From positions 25,051-89,050 of the forward strand of contig JACPKC010000006.1 in the NCBI GenBank assembly GCA_016187225.1: a DNA stretch of 64,000 nt, in the 5' to 3' direction. How positions within the stretch are numbered: the first letter of the stretch is position 1; each line of letters begins with the position of its first letter. Of the stretch, positions 13,721 through 23,758 are shown piece after piece. This DNA comes from Candidatus Berkelbacteria bacterium. GTDB lineage: Bacteria; Patescibacteriota; UBA1384; JACPKC01. The notes below the pieces were generated by a model, which did not search any database, was not told where the DNA came from, and was given only the letters and a program-made list of their open reading frames with translations. The translations under genes and the position numbers were made by a program.

Positions 13721-13802
13721 TAAGATTATTTTTTGTCTCTTCTTCAGATTCACCAGATATATCTGAAGAAGAAGATAAAAATCAGGAAAGGAGGAGAAAG
13801 GA

Positions 13803-14186
13803 ATGGAGATATACCTCTCCGATAAGCAGGTGCGGGTGCTGGTTGCCGTCGCCAAGGCCTCGAGCTTTGGTCGCTACCTTTACCCGCAATGGAGAGGCGC
13901 CATCGTCTATGACGATGGCAAAAGCGAGGTCTGGGAGGTGACGTGGCAAAATCCTTCCAACCTCAATCGCTGGCGGTTGAGGGGAGTGATTCAACAGAAC
14001 CTCCTGGAGAAGGTTCTGGGCCGAAAGGCCGAACTCCCTACACTCGGGACAGCGTTTTATTGTTGCGGCCTGGAACCGCAACAAGCGCTGGATTTTCGTA
14101 AGAAAATCCAGGCGAAAAAACAACCCCTCGCAGATCTCCCCGACCTGCAGGTTGTTGTTCGGCGCAACCCAACGAGCAGGAGGTAA
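13803..14186 (+). CDS. Hypothetical protein
   Basis: AGGAG/AAGGA RBS; part of a co-directional cluster. Confidence 0.6.
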   Translation: MEIYLSDKQVRVLVAVAKASSFGRYLYPQWRGAIVYDDGKSEVWEVTWQNPSNLNRWRLRGVIQQNLLEKVLGRKAELPTLGTAFYCCGLEPQQALDFRKKIQAKKQPLADLPDLQVVVRRNPTSRR

Positions 14187-14188
14187 CA

Positions 14189-14473
14189 GTGGGAAACTCC
14201 TGCAAGGTGGGAAAGGCCGTACATCGGATCTGCGTCGCGGCCAAAAACGCACAGGAGATCCGTCTAGAGCTTGAACTTCGTGGCCAGGAAATTTGTCTGA
14301 CCGTCGAAGACGGGTCCTCGTTGGACTTCTGCGATCTCCTCGCAAAATGCTCGAACAACAAAACGGTGCCGAGCATAATCGCAGAGATCGCCGCTCTACC
14401 GCCTGAAAAGGTGGAAGAGTGGTTCCAGCGAAAGATGGATATGCAGGCAAGTCTCGTAGCACCTGGAAACTGA
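14189..14473 (+). CDS. Hypothetical protein
   Basis: AGGAGGT RBS overlapping the upstream stop; terminator follows. Confidence 0.6.
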   Translation: MGNSCKVGKAVHRICVAAKNAQEIRLELELRGQEICLTVEDGSSLDFCDLLAKCSNNKTVPSIIAEIAALPPEKVEEWFQRKMDMQASLVAPGN

Positions 14474-14494
14474 CGAGATTTGCCTCACCCCCCC

Positions 14495-14524
14495 AACCCA
14501 CGCTACCTGGAAGCGTGGGTTTTT
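14495..14524 (+). terminator. Intrinsic terminator
   Basis: aacccacgct...agcgtgggtt followed by a T tract. Confidence 0.65.
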
Positions 14525-15416
14525 ACGTTTTTAGATAAATCACGGCGTGATATTTCTGCTCGGCGTCCTTAAGCCAATTATCAAACGATTGTTGGACAAC
14601 GCCCTGTTTTTCTAGGATCTCAATTGCGTGGTAGCCAAAATCGCTTTTAACTGGATTTTCCAGTATACCCGCGGGTGAGGAAAAAATTGCCTCCTCAATT
14701 ACCGGAAGCTGTTCGCCGCGCGCAACCCAACCCATATCGCCGCTGTTATCACGACTTTCTAGATGTTGGGAAAACTCTTTCGCAAGCGCGCTAAAATCGC
14801 CATTCTCGTTCTTGAGTTTACCGATCAACTCTTTCGCTTGATTTTCATCGGTGACCAAAATATGACGAAAATGCACTCGCTCCAAAAGCTCTGTTTTAAC
14901 TTTATCCTGCAATAAACGAATCTCAATCAGATCGCGTAAACGATCTCGACTCGAACCATAGAGCTCTTCAAGAATCGTATTTAATTCCTCCTCGCTCACC
15001 TCGCGCGGTTCGCCTTCTCCACCCTGCAAAACCAAAATTTCTTTATAAGCGGCGTCGATTTCAACTTGTTTCACTTTAAGATTAACATTTTTAGTCGCCC
15101 GTTTAATTGTGGCGTTAGAAACTAACAAATCAATCACCTGTCGACCAATCGGCGTACCAGGATCAACTGCTTCACCGGCTTGATTTGAGCGAGCGATAAA
15201 GGTTTCGATAAACGTTCGATAGTCTAAATACTCACGCGCCCAAATGAGTTGCCCCCCCACTCGCGCCACCGGGATCGGTAACCAACGAGCTAGCGAGCGG
15301 AGTTGAGGCGCATCATTGCCACGCAAGAAAGGTACGCCGATGCCAATCGTAATAAACACAATCAGACTTGCAACACCCGCGATCGTCCAGGGTAGCCATT
15401 TAGGAAATGCAGACAT
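14523..15416 (-). CDS. PrsA/SurA-like parvulin peptidyl-prolyl isomerase
   Basis: N-terminal TM segment, RHILV, FSALAKEFS, GDMGW, SDFGYHAI. Confidence 0.9.
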   Translation of the reverse strand: MSAFPKWLPWTIAGVASLIVFITIGIGVPFLRGNDAPQLRSLARWLPIPVARVGGQLIWAREYLDYRTFIETFIARSNQAGEAVDPGTPIGRQVIDLLVSNATIKRATKNVNLKVKQVEIDAAYKEILVLQGGEGEPREVSEEELNTILEELYGSSRDRLRDLIEIRLLQDKVKTELLERVHFRHILVTDENQAKELIGKLKNENGDFSALAKEFSQHLESRDNSGDMGWVARGEQLPVIEEAIFSSPAGILENPVKSDFGYHAIEILEKQGVVQQSFDNWLKDAEQKYHAVIYLKT

Positions 15417-15430
15417 ACATTCTTTTTAGT

Positions 15431-15967
15431 CTAGAAGCTGAACCAATCTGACGTCAAGACAACGCCCACCAGAGAAAGTGCCGAAAGTCCGAGCGCTGGC
15501 CAAAGCGATTTGAGCGGACGGGCAAGGTGTCGACATTCGAGGAGTTCGGCGACAATCAGGCCAACAATGACAATCACAAGCGCTCGAGAAGAAAAATTAG
15601 TTGGCCAAAAGAGCAAGATTAGAAAAATCTCAACTAAACCAATCGCCGCGGCATAGGCTAAAACAAGACTCGGCTTGTCAAAACGCATTAAAAGCCACAT
15701 AAACATAAGAACGCCAATCAAGAATAACAACGCTAAACTGCCCACCTCGCCAACGAGACCAAAAAATCGAATCTCAAAGGCAATCACCGACCACAAAAAT
15801 AAACTCATGAGAAGAGTTGCCCAGCGATTGTCTTGTCTCCAGGCCCAAAACGCTAAACAGCCGGCTAGAACACTAATGCCCCAAAGCCAAGCTGAATCAC
15901 GATCCATGAGGGGTAAGATGGTGACGCCTAAAATCAAAATTAGCGTGCCAAGGTTTTTGTTTGTCAC
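15431..15967 (-). CDS. Hypothetical multi-pass membrane protein
   Basis: About six hydrophobic segments; overlaps the upstream stop. Confidence 0.75.
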   Translation of the reverse strand: MTNKNLGTLILILGVTILPLMDRDSAWLWGISVLAGCLAFWAWRQDNRWATLLMSLFLWSVIAFEIRFFGLVGEVGSLALLFLIGVLMFMWLLMRFDKPSLVLAYAAAIGLVEIFLILLFWPTNFSSRALVIVIVGLIVAELLECRHLARPLKSLWPALGLSALSLVGVVLTSDWFSF

Positions 15968-17328
15968 GGCGTTAAGACCACTGGCTCATAGTCTGCGCCT
16001 AAAGTTAAAACCAAATCGGCGGTTTCGCCTTCGGGCTTGGCGCTTGTCTCAACCTTTGCATTCAAGCGATCCGAAAGAAAATTAACCGTAAACGGCGCTC
16101 GACCTTGTGAATAATCATGTAGAACCGTTGCGGGCGCATCAACGATTTTATCGATTGAGACAATGTTATAACCTAAACTTTTAAGATCGAGCTCAAGTTC
16201 GTGCGCCAACCCAGGTTTACCACTGGCATTCAAAATCTCGATTTTAGCGTTTTCACGTTTTAAGTTTGGATCGGTAAAGAGTTCATGCGCGATCCGTTGC
16301 ACTTCCTTGAAGTTGCCTGTTTTTGGCACAAGATAATAACCACCCTCATTCACGGTCATAAGCGGCCCATCGCTACCATTATCGAGTACCTTGGTGACAA
16401 TGCCACCCGAGTCGACGGTATTGAGAATGCGATAGAGGCGTTCAAGCTCGGTTAAGCTCAAATCGGTGCGCACATGCTCGCCTAAAATCCCCATAATTTC
16501 AGAAAGCTTCCTTGGATTTGCAAGAATATCGAGCGAGAGGGAACGATCGCGGACTGCGAGCAAAATCTGTTGCTGGCGACTAGCGCGATCAAAATCTGAA
16601 GTCGTTTGGCGCGAGCGCGCATACTTAAGCGCAATCGTGCCATTGAGTTTCTGCGTGCCAGCCCCAATCGAAAAAGGTTGATAGCCTTCCAATTTTTCAT
16701 CTGGATAGAATGGATCATCAAGCGCCTTGGGTATCTCAACTGTGATGCCACCAAGAGCGTCGATGAATTTAATGAAACCGGTAAAATCGACTCTCACAAA
16801 ATAATGGATCGGCAAATCAAGCACATTGCCAACTGTCTCCTTTAGCACCTTAGGGCCATTGCCCGGCTCCTGACTTTCGCCGTATGAATGGGCGGAGTTG
16901 ATCTTACCGTTGCCATTACCGGCAATCGGCACACGCAAATCGCGTGGCAGAGAAAGTAAGGCAAGTTTTTTATTTTCAGGATCAAGGCTGGCGACCATTA
17001 TTGTGTCCGCAAGCGCTCCGCCTTTGTGTCCGCTTCCGCCAATTCCGATAAACAAAATATTGATCCTCCCATCCCCCTCGCCTTTCAAAGCATTGGGATC
17101 AAGTGTCTCGCCGAAGAACTTTAGAATTGGAGATTGAGTGTCAGAACTATCACTGACTTGAGTAAAAGCCCGCACCGCGCTCCAGCCAAACCAGACAATC
17201 CCCGCGAGAATAAGCGCAGAAACTATAAGAGTAAAAATCTTCGTTGGCGAAAGCTTGTAGGTTCGAAACTTATTCAAGCTCTGGCCATGATTTTTATCGA
17301 TATCGCTTTGAGATTGAGAAGACGACAT
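15964..17328 (-). CDS. LCP (LytR-CpsA-Psr) family protein with LytR_C domain
   Basis: DTIMV, SLPRD, KINSA, ARSR...DFDRASRQQ, ILNASGKPGLA. Confidence 0.93.
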   Translation of the reverse strand: MSSSQSQSDIDKNHGQSLNKFRTYKLSPTKIFTLIVSALILAGIVWFGWSAVRAFTQVSDSSDTQSPILKFFGETLDPNALKGEGDGRINILFIGIGGSGHKGGALADTIMVASLDPENKKLALLSLPRDLRVPIAGNGNGKINSAHSYGESQEPGNGPKVLKETVGNVLDLPIHYFVRVDFTGFIKFIDALGGITVEIPKALDDPFYPDEKLEGYQPFSIGAGTQKLNGTIALKYARSRQTTSDFDRASRQQQILLAVRDRSLSLDILANPRKLSEIMGILGEHVRTDLSLTELERLYRILNTVDSGGIVTKVLDNGSDGPLMTVNEGGYYLVPKTGNFKEVQRIAHELFTDPNLKRENAKIEILNASGKPGLAHELELDLKSLGYNIVSIDKIVDAPATVLHDYSQGRAPFTVNFLSDRLNAKVETSAKPEGETADLVLTLGADYEPVVLTP

Positions 17329-17354
17329 TGGTCTATTAGTTTACCACAAGGCGC

Positions 17355-17732
17355 TTACTGCATGCGCTCGAGGGTGAGGAAGGAAAAGCGTTTTTTAGTT
17401 CGACGTTTAAGCCTGCTCCAAAGAGTACGGGGCGAGAAAGTTGTAATTTCTGCGCTGTGGATGAGTTCAACGGGTAAATCTAAAACCCAGCCTGTGGCTT
17501 GCATTAGCGCCAAAGTTACTCGAACCGAAGTGCGACTATGCGGAACCACTAGAACGCCAAGCTGGTGCAAATCTTGCCAAGTTAAACTGTGCCGAGCCAA
17601 AAATTCAGCGATTAGTTTTTCTTCACTGCGTTCTTCTGGCTCCAGAACCAGAAGCTCTTCATACTCCTTGGCATTGACAAATAATGTCAACCTTAATTGG
17701 GTGCGATCGGCGCCGACTACTAAGCGTTTCAT
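17355..17732 (-). CDS. Short, degenerate TsaB-like protein
   Basis: Follows tsaE with an ATGA overlap; LGVLVVPHSRTSVRV resembles the TsaB GPGSFTGxR region. Confidence 0.55.
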   Translation of the reverse strand: MKRLVVGADRTQLRLTLFVNAKEYEELLVLEPEERSEEKLIAEFLARHSLTWQDLHQLGVLVVPHSRTSVRVTLALMQATGWVLDLPVELIHSAEITTFSPRTLWSRLKRRTKKRFSFLTLERMQ

Positions 17733-18166
17733 TTGCGTACCTCGATTTTTACGCATCTTTTGCCCTGACGGCTGAAAGAAAAATACAAGAGATAGTGTGC
17801 CTGTTCAATAATTTCAGGCAGATTGTCAATCCATTCAACGAGTGTCGCTCCTTCAGGATTTTCGAGGGTTAAGCCAAGCGCTTCGAAATCTTGTTTGCGA
17901 GTCAAGCGATAAAGATCAAGATGGTGAAGACGTTTAATACCTCTCACTGCTTGTGGCAACTTATAAATTTGCTCATAAACAAAGGTTGGCGAGATAACTT
18001 CGGCTTGTAGACCTAAATCGAGCAGTAAATGACGGACAAAGGTTGTTTTACCAGTACCTAAAAAACCAACCAAGCCGACAATTAGACCGGGTTTTAAGTT
18101 TTTCGCGAGCTCGTGAGCGACTGCCGTCAGTTCATTCAAAGTCTGAATTGGGAAAACTCGTTTCAT
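17729..18166 (-). CDS. tsaE: t6A biosynthesis ATPase TsaE
   Basis: GFLGTGKT, SPTF, HLDLYRL, LVEW. Confidence 0.95.
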   Translation of the reverse strand: MKRVFPIQTLNELTAVAHELAKNLKPGLIVGLVGFLGTGKTTFVRHLLLDLGLQAEVISPTFVYEQIYKLPQAVRGIKRLHHLDLYRLTRKQDFEALGLTLENPEGATLVEWIDNLPEIIEQAHYLLYFSFSRQGKRCVKIEVRK

Positions 18167-20367
18167 ATTTTCATTCCGGCTTGGATCAAACCTATTGATC
18201 GTATCTCCAATTTCTGTCGAAGAGCAAGTAAGACACCGTCGACTAACAGAATACCGGCCATGAGGAGCGCCGCCAAGGCTCCGTAACTGCCTAATCGCCC
18301 TAGGGTAAGTGTTGGTCGGATAATTTTAGCGCCAAGCACGCGAGTAAAAGGCGGGGTACTTTGACTATCAGGCAAGACGCCGATTTCTGATTTGACAAAT
18401 AAGTCGGGCGCAAGATCAATCACTTCCTCATCATCTGCTACTCCGTCTTCATAGTCGCCGACAGACTCTCTTGTTGCCACCGCTGGATCTTCTCTTTCCG
18501 ACTCAGTTGAATCTGATTGTGCGCTGATTATTTCTTCAGTTTCACTCGTCGTCTCCTCTCTCAACACAGTCAACTCTTCGGCATCCAAGACACGAATTGT
18601 CAAAGGTTCAAGAGCCACAATAATTCCCTGTCCAGAAATTTCGCTCTGTTCAACTAGCGCAGGAAACACGACGCCTTTTTTACGAGAAAGATGGAAACTG
18701 TGATTTTCTGTTTGAATAATTGGCACAGAACCAGTTTTAACGACTATCCCTTGGAAGACTGTCACCTTTAACAGGTTTAACTCCTCGAGCTCGTCAAGGG
18801 ATTTCTTTTTCAGCTCTTGATGGCCAATGTGTTTAGCATCGTCAGGATTTGCCAGAAGGAGACGCGGTAAAGCGGCTTTGGAAACTTTAGCCACGATTTC
18901 AATGCGATCACCCGGCTGAAATGTAAGTGCGACACCATCACGAAGCTGAAGTTCAGCGGCAATCTGATCATCCCCGACAACAAGATGATGATCTGAATAA
19001 GCGCCTTGCACCAAAAGTACAGTTGCTTCGGTTCGGATCGTTTGATTTGCGAACTCATCCTTACCAATAATCAACTCCCTGAATGAATGGAATTCAATTG
19101 AAGAATCAGATGAGTCTTGCTCTTCGGATTCTTTAACGCCTCCCTCTGGAAGAATATCGGCATTTTCCACCCCGGGCGTGGGCGATGTCCAACCCCAACT
19201 GCCTTTTTTTGACCAACTTTTGTTAAACGACGCGCTCCCAAAACTCACATTCTCCACCTCTACCCCATTTGGAGCGATCAAGCGCACCATATCACCTGAA
19301 TTATTTAACTGTAACTTGGTTTGATTGCCTCCAAAAATTACTCGCGAACGACCCTCGATAACAACTGAATCCTCAAACGTGTAGGGGCGACTGCCGCCCT
19401 CATTAATATCGTCAATCTGCCAACCGATTAAGTTCACTGCCGTCTCACCCAGATTCTCAAGCTCAACAAACTCCTCGGCGCCCTCATTTGGGCGAGGGAG
19501 AATTTCCGATAGATGAATATCCTTACTGATCTGATTTGCCACACAGGGATAAGAAAAATTTTGGACAACCGATCCATTCCGCAAAACCTCGAGGCGCGCC
19601 TCGAGAAGACCGAATTGTGTCGGGAGTTCGAGGAAAAATCGGTATTTATTTGTTTCAATCAGCTCGCCTTCAGGACTTTGATTTTGCAAAATCAACCTTA
19701 AACGTTCGGGCACGCCGCCACTTAAAGCAATATCGAGCGGAATAGCGCCGCCTTGTTCCGGCCAAATCAAGCGGCAAGTTTGTTCCGCAAACTTAAGCGT
19801 CATGCTTCGTTCAGGGGTACCTAGATCATTGAGGTTGGCGTCTAAATTACGGGCTGTATTCGCATTTTGCCAGGCAGTCGCTTGAGCGCCAGATTGGCTA
19901 AAATCAACACGCTCCATCGAAGTTGGAGGCGATGTGGCGCCGGCAAAAGGCTTGCCTCCATCACCAGCTTGATCGATGACGTTTGCATCCGTAGCGCGCA
20001 ATTCGAGCGCAAGGGCGCTATTGCTAAGAGAAAGTTTCGAGTTAATCAAATCTGGTTCAAGATTAAGCGCCGACTCGCCGCCGCTGAAAGTATCGGCGGG
20101 ACCATTATTCGCGATCAGAAAAAAATCTCCCGGAGCAAGTTGGGTGTTCTCGGGAATCGTAATCAACTCGCGAGGTTCACTGCTCATAGACCAAATACTC
20201 CAGTGCGACAGATCAATAGATTCGGCGCTAATATTTTTCAGTTCAAGCCACTCATCGGCAGTCGAACGGCTTGATCCGGCCCAGGCAATTTCGCTAATGC
20301 CGACTGTTGGCGTGCTTGCTGAAACCCAACTTGGCAGTAAAAATAGAAAAAGAATTAGCCACGTCAT
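18163..20367 (-). CDS. Surface protein with two lamin-tail domains and a C-terminal TM anchor
   Basis: Signal peptide; ISEIAWAGS...DEWLELKN and LSEILPRP...EFVELEN...LNNSGD...SPTPG. Confidence 0.8.
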   Translation of the reverse strand: MTWLILFLFLLPSWVSASTPTVGISEIAWAGSSRSTADEWLELKNISAESIDLSHWSIWSMSSEPRELITIPENTQLAPGDFFLIANNGPADTFSGGESALNLEPDLINSKLSLSNSALALELRATDANVIDQAGDGGKPFAGATSPPTSMERVDFSQSGAQATAWQNANTARNLDANLNDLGTPERSMTLKFAEQTCRLIWPEQGGAIPLDIALSGGVPERLRLILQNQSPEGELIETNKYRFFLELPTQFGLLEARLEVLRNGSVVQNFSYPCVANQISKDIHLSEILPRPNEGAEEFVELENLGETAVNLIGWQIDDINEGGSRPYTFEDSVVIEGRSRVIFGGNQTKLQLNNSGDMVRLIAPNGVEVENVSFGSASFNKSWSKKGSWGWTSPTPGVENADILPEGGVKESEEQDSSDSSIEFHSFRELIIGKDEFANQTIRTEATVLLVQGAYSDHHLVVGDDQIAAELQLRDGVALTFQPGDRIEIVAKVSKAALPRLLLANPDDAKHIGHQELKKKSLDELEELNLLKVTVFQGIVVKTGSVPIIQTENHSFHLSRKKGVVFPALVEQSEISGQGIIVALEPLTIRVLDAEELTVLREETTSETEEIISAQSDSTESEREDPAVATRESVGDYEDGVADDEEVIDLAPDLFVKSEIGVLPDSQSTPPFTRVLGAKIIRPTLTLGRLGSYGALAALLMAGILLVDGVLLALRQKLEIRSIGLIQAGMKI

Positions 20368-21209
20368 AATTTTTCTCCTAAAGACACCGTTTTACCCTCA
20401 GTTAATTCACCGTCGAGCGAAGCTGAACCCCTAGCGGGTGGCAAGCGATTAGGCGAGATGTCGATTTCTTGCAGATGTTCTTTGGCTTCAGTGGTCTGGG
20501 TGACAAGATCCTCATGAAAATGATCGGGATCATAGTCATGGGGAGCGTGCGCGTGTAGTTGCTTAAGACGACTCTGAAGTTCTGCCTCTTTTGAATTTGC
20601 TTGAGAAAGCTCTAGGGCGCGGGGCGACATAATTTCTTCATGGCCAGCAGTCCCAATGCGCATTGCTAGGCGATCATTGAGCATCAGAATGGTATTTGCG
20701 ATCACATGCGGTTTGGGGACATAATTCATAACAAAATTCGGCGCCTCACCAGCGCTCTCAACAACAACTGTCCCATAGCGGAAAAAAGTTTGAATATAAC
20801 CATTCATTTGCGCAGACACATCCTGGACACGGAGTAAACTTAACTCTGCCACTCTTCGATTAAATAAACCCACTTGTTTAACATGAAGCAAACGTTCAGG
20901 TGTAATTATAGCCACGTCAAGATAATGCTCAATCCACGCAGTTAAAAAGACCGCATCCGTGATCAACAAATATCCTCCGATCGTGAGAGATGTAAGAACT
21001 AAGTTTAAGCCTTTGAAGAAACCTATACCCTGGTAACTCACGACCGTGAAAAAAATGACGATCGGAATTATAAGCATGACAAGCACAAATAACAGCCAGC
21101 CAGCGAATGCCATCCAATGTCTCCGGACAAAGATTAGGATTTCTTCATTTTCAAGTTGCCCGGGGAAGAGATCGCTCTCCTTGCCGGTGACAAGATTAGT
21201 CTGAATCAT
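20364..21209 (-). CDS. Membrane protein with a bacterial PH domain
   Basis: VRRHW, two TM segments, ITPERL...GLFNR...VQDV...YGTVVVESAG. Confidence 0.8.
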   Translation of the reverse strand: MIQTNLVTGKESDLFPGQLENEEILIFVRRHWMAFAGWLLFVLVMLIIPIVIFFTVVSYQGIGFFKGLNLVLTSLTIGGYLLITDAVFLTAWIEHYLDVAIITPERLLHVKQVGLFNRRVAELSLLRVQDVSAQMNGYIQTFFRYGTVVVESAGEAPNFVMNYVPKPHVIANTILMLNDRLAMRIGTAGHEEIMSPRALELSQANSKEAELQSRLKQLHAHAPHDYDPDHFHEDLVTQTTEAKEHLQEIDISPNRLPPARGSASLDGELTEGKTVSLGEKL

Positions 21210-21415
21210 AAAGTTAGAGCTCCGATTATGATACCAACGAACGTGAGTAAAATAACGACGCTTGCAAAACCAATGTAGGCGCGCAACATTGATTGTGAGG
21301 CATCACCTGAATATCCATATTCGTTCAAATGATGAGCGGCGTAAACAGAATAGAGGACAAATGTTAGCAGGAGACAAAGATACACGATAATCGCGAAATA
21401 AAAGAGAGGACTCAT
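21206..21415 (-). CDS. Small two-TM hypothetical protein
   Basis: Two hydrophobic segments around HLNEYG. Confidence 0.7.
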   Translation of the reverse strand: MSPLFYFAIIVYLCLLLTFVLYSVYAAHHLNEYGYSGDASQSMLRAYIGFASVVILLTFVGIIIGALTL

Positions 21416-21443
21416 AAAATTAGGTAATTAGTGGGGAATACAT

Positions 21444-22448
21444 CTATAAAACTTCGGCGCTACGAGCAGTGGTTTTTCGCCCTCTTGGGGTTCTCTCAAG
21501 CCAGCCTTCGCGAATCAAATAAGGTTCATAAACTTCTTCGATCGTTTGCATATCCTCGCCAAGCGAAGCGGCAATTGTTGAAAGACCAACGGGACCACCT
21601 TGAAATTTATTCGCAATCGTTGCGAGAAGTTCGCGATCAATTTTATCGAGTCCAAAAGGATCAATTCTCAATAATTCAAGCGCTCGACTAGCGATTTCAG
21701 CTGTAATGACACGTTCACGATGAACCTGGGCATAGTCGCGAACCCGACGCAAAAGTCGATTTGCAATTCGTGGAGTGCGGCGAGAGCGTCGCGCAACTTC
21801 CTTCGCGCCCGTTGTCTCAAGTGGCGCGGCCATGATTTTCGCAGATCGAGCAAGAATTTTTTCAATATCGCCAATTTCGTAAAAATCAAGATGGAAATGC
21901 CCGCCGAAACGGTCGCGCAGGGGCGCGCTTAACTGGCCAATGCGCGTTGTTGCGCCAATTAAGGTAAAGCGAGGCAGGTCAAGTCGGAGAGTTTTAGCGG
22001 CTGGCCCCTTGCCAAGCACAATGTCGAAGGCAAAATCCTCCATGGCCGGATAAAGCACTTCTTCAACCGTTCGGTTGAGGCGATGAATCTCATCAATAAA
22101 AAAAATGCTACCGGGGGATAGATTGCACAGAATCGAAGCAACGTCACCAGCTCGCTCGAGCGCAGGCCCAGAGGTAATCTTAATCTGTACTCCAAGCGCT
22201 TGAGCAACCACATACGCAAGACTCGTTTTACCAAGACCAGGCGGGCCGTAGAAAAGAATATGTTCCAGAGTTTGCTGACGTTCTTGAGTTGCTTGAATGA
22301 GAATTTCTAAATTTTGTTTCGTCGCCGTCTGACCAATAAAATCCGAGAAAGTTTTGGGACGAAAAGTGTTATCCTCGCGCACATCCTCTGGTTGGATCCG
22401 AGGTTGGGTTAAAATAGTCGTGTTTGATGAGAGTTCCGCTTCCTCCAT
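21444..22448 (-). CDS. ruvB: Holliday junction helicase RuvB
   Basis: GPPGLGKT, FIDEIHRL, GATTR, EPYLI..G.LERTPRGR. Confidence 0.98.
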   Translation of the reverse strand: MEEAELSSNTTILTQPRIQPEDVREDNTFRPKTFSDFIGQTATKQNLEILIQATQERQQTLEHILFYGPPGLGKTSLAYVVAQALGVQIKITSGPALERAGDVASILCNLSPGSIFFIDEIHRLNRTVEEVLYPAMEDFAFDIVLGKGPAAKTLRLDLPRFTLIGATTRIGQLSAPLRDRFGGHFHLDFYEIGDIEKILARSAKIMAAPLETTGAKEVARRSRRTPRIANRLLRRVRDYAQVHRERVITAEIASRALELLRIDPFGLDKIDRELLATIANKFQGGPVGLSTIAASLGEDMQTIEEVYEPYLIREGWLERTPRGRKTTARSAEVL

Positions 22449-22466
22449 ACCTCGACTATATAGAAC

Positions 22467-23717
22467 TCATGGAAGGTAGTCGAGCGGATTGGCTCGGCTT
22501 GAATACTCCCAAATTTCAAAATGAAGATGCGGACCTGTCGACCAACCAGTTGAACCCATGTAGCCAATAATGTCACCTCGCTTAACCTCGTCGCCGCTTG
22601 CAACTACGAAACTCTGCAAGTGTCCATAGAGCGAGCTCCAACGCGCGTTGTGACCGATGACAATGTATTTGCCGTAAGCATATAGTTTGCCGTTATAGGT
22701 CATCTCGGTTACCGTTGTCACCGTTCCGTCGGAAGCGGCGTAAATGGGTGTGCCCGCCGAATTGACTAAATCTAGCCCGCCATGACCGCCATTTGGCTGA
22801 AATGGAGTCGAACCCCCAAAATAAGTGCTGATGTAACGATAATCTGTTGGCCACTGAAAACCCACATTCGAGGTGCCGCGATCACGCGCCTGAAGAACGC
22901 CCGGGCCAGATGCCTTAGTAAGACGCGATCGCACAAGCGCCATTTCGGATTCAACCTGGGCATTTAGCTTTTTCGCTTCATCGACCGCCGATTCATACGA
23001 CTCCTGCTGTTCTTTGGTTTCAACTAAAAGCACCGCTTTGCGACTCTGTTCATTTGCAAGACCAGCCTTGTAAGCCTCTTGCTGGGCTTGCAGACCTTTT
23101 AATTCTTGATACTTGCCATCAAGATCGGATTTCTTTTGTTCAACCTCCCGCTTAAGCGCATCAATTTCATGCAGGGTCGCATCGATGCGATATTCCAGTG
23201 ATTCAAGATACTCATTGTGCTCAATGACTTCCGAAATTGAATCAGAACCGGCAATAATAAAAAGCAACTCTTGCTCACTTGTTTCATAGAGCACGCGCAA
23301 GGTTTCATCCTGATTTCTTTTTTGTTCGTCCAATTCACGTTGACGTTGAGCAATCTCTTCTTCAGCTATCTTAATTTCAGATTCAGTCTGACGAACTTGC
23401 TCATCGGTTTCTTGAATTTTTTGTTCTGTCTGATCGATATCATCTTCTAAACGAGAAATTTGACCCTTGATCGTTGAGGCTTCTTTTTGCTTCTGCTCAG
23501 CCGCTTTTTGATTCTCGCGAATCTTTTTGTTGAGCTCGCGCGTTTGATCCTGTAGATCGCCTAGGCGATCTCGATCGCCTTGTTTAGAATCTTCAGCTCT
23601 AACCGCATTCGAACCAAACCAAGCGAATGGCATCATGAAGAATGCGACCAAAAGAGCGCTTAAAAATGCTTTGAATAAATGCCTGGAGTGACCACCATCT
23701 CGATCGCGATTCATCAT
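22467..23717 (-). CDS. Coiled-coil M23 peptidase (FtsEX-associated murein hydrolase or activator)
   Basis: Long coiled coil plus HGGLD...STGPHLHFEI; directly downstream of ftsEX. Confidence 0.9.
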   Translation of the reverse strand: MMNRDRDGGHSRHLFKAFLSALLVAFFMMPFAWFGSNAVRAEDSKQGDRDRLGDLQDQTRELNKKIRENQKAAEQKQKEASTIKGQISRLEDDIDQTEQKIQETDEQVRQTESEIKIAEEEIAQRQRELDEQKRNQDETLRVLYETSEQELLFIIAGSDSISEVIEHNEYLESLEYRIDATLHEIDALKREVEQKKSDLDGKYQELKGLQAQQEAYKAGLANEQSRKAVLLVETKEQQESYESAVDEAKKLNAQVESEMALVRSRLTKASGPGVLQARDRGTSNVGFQWPTDYRYISTYFGGSTPFQPNGGHGGLDLVNSAGTPIYAASDGTVTTVTEMTYNGKLYAYGKYIVIGHNARWSSLYGHLQSFVVASGDEVKRGDIIGYMGSTGWSTGPHLHFEIWEYSSRANPLDYLP

Positions 23718-23758
23718 ATCCCTCCGACACGATCTTTAATTATAGCACACTGGGCTCA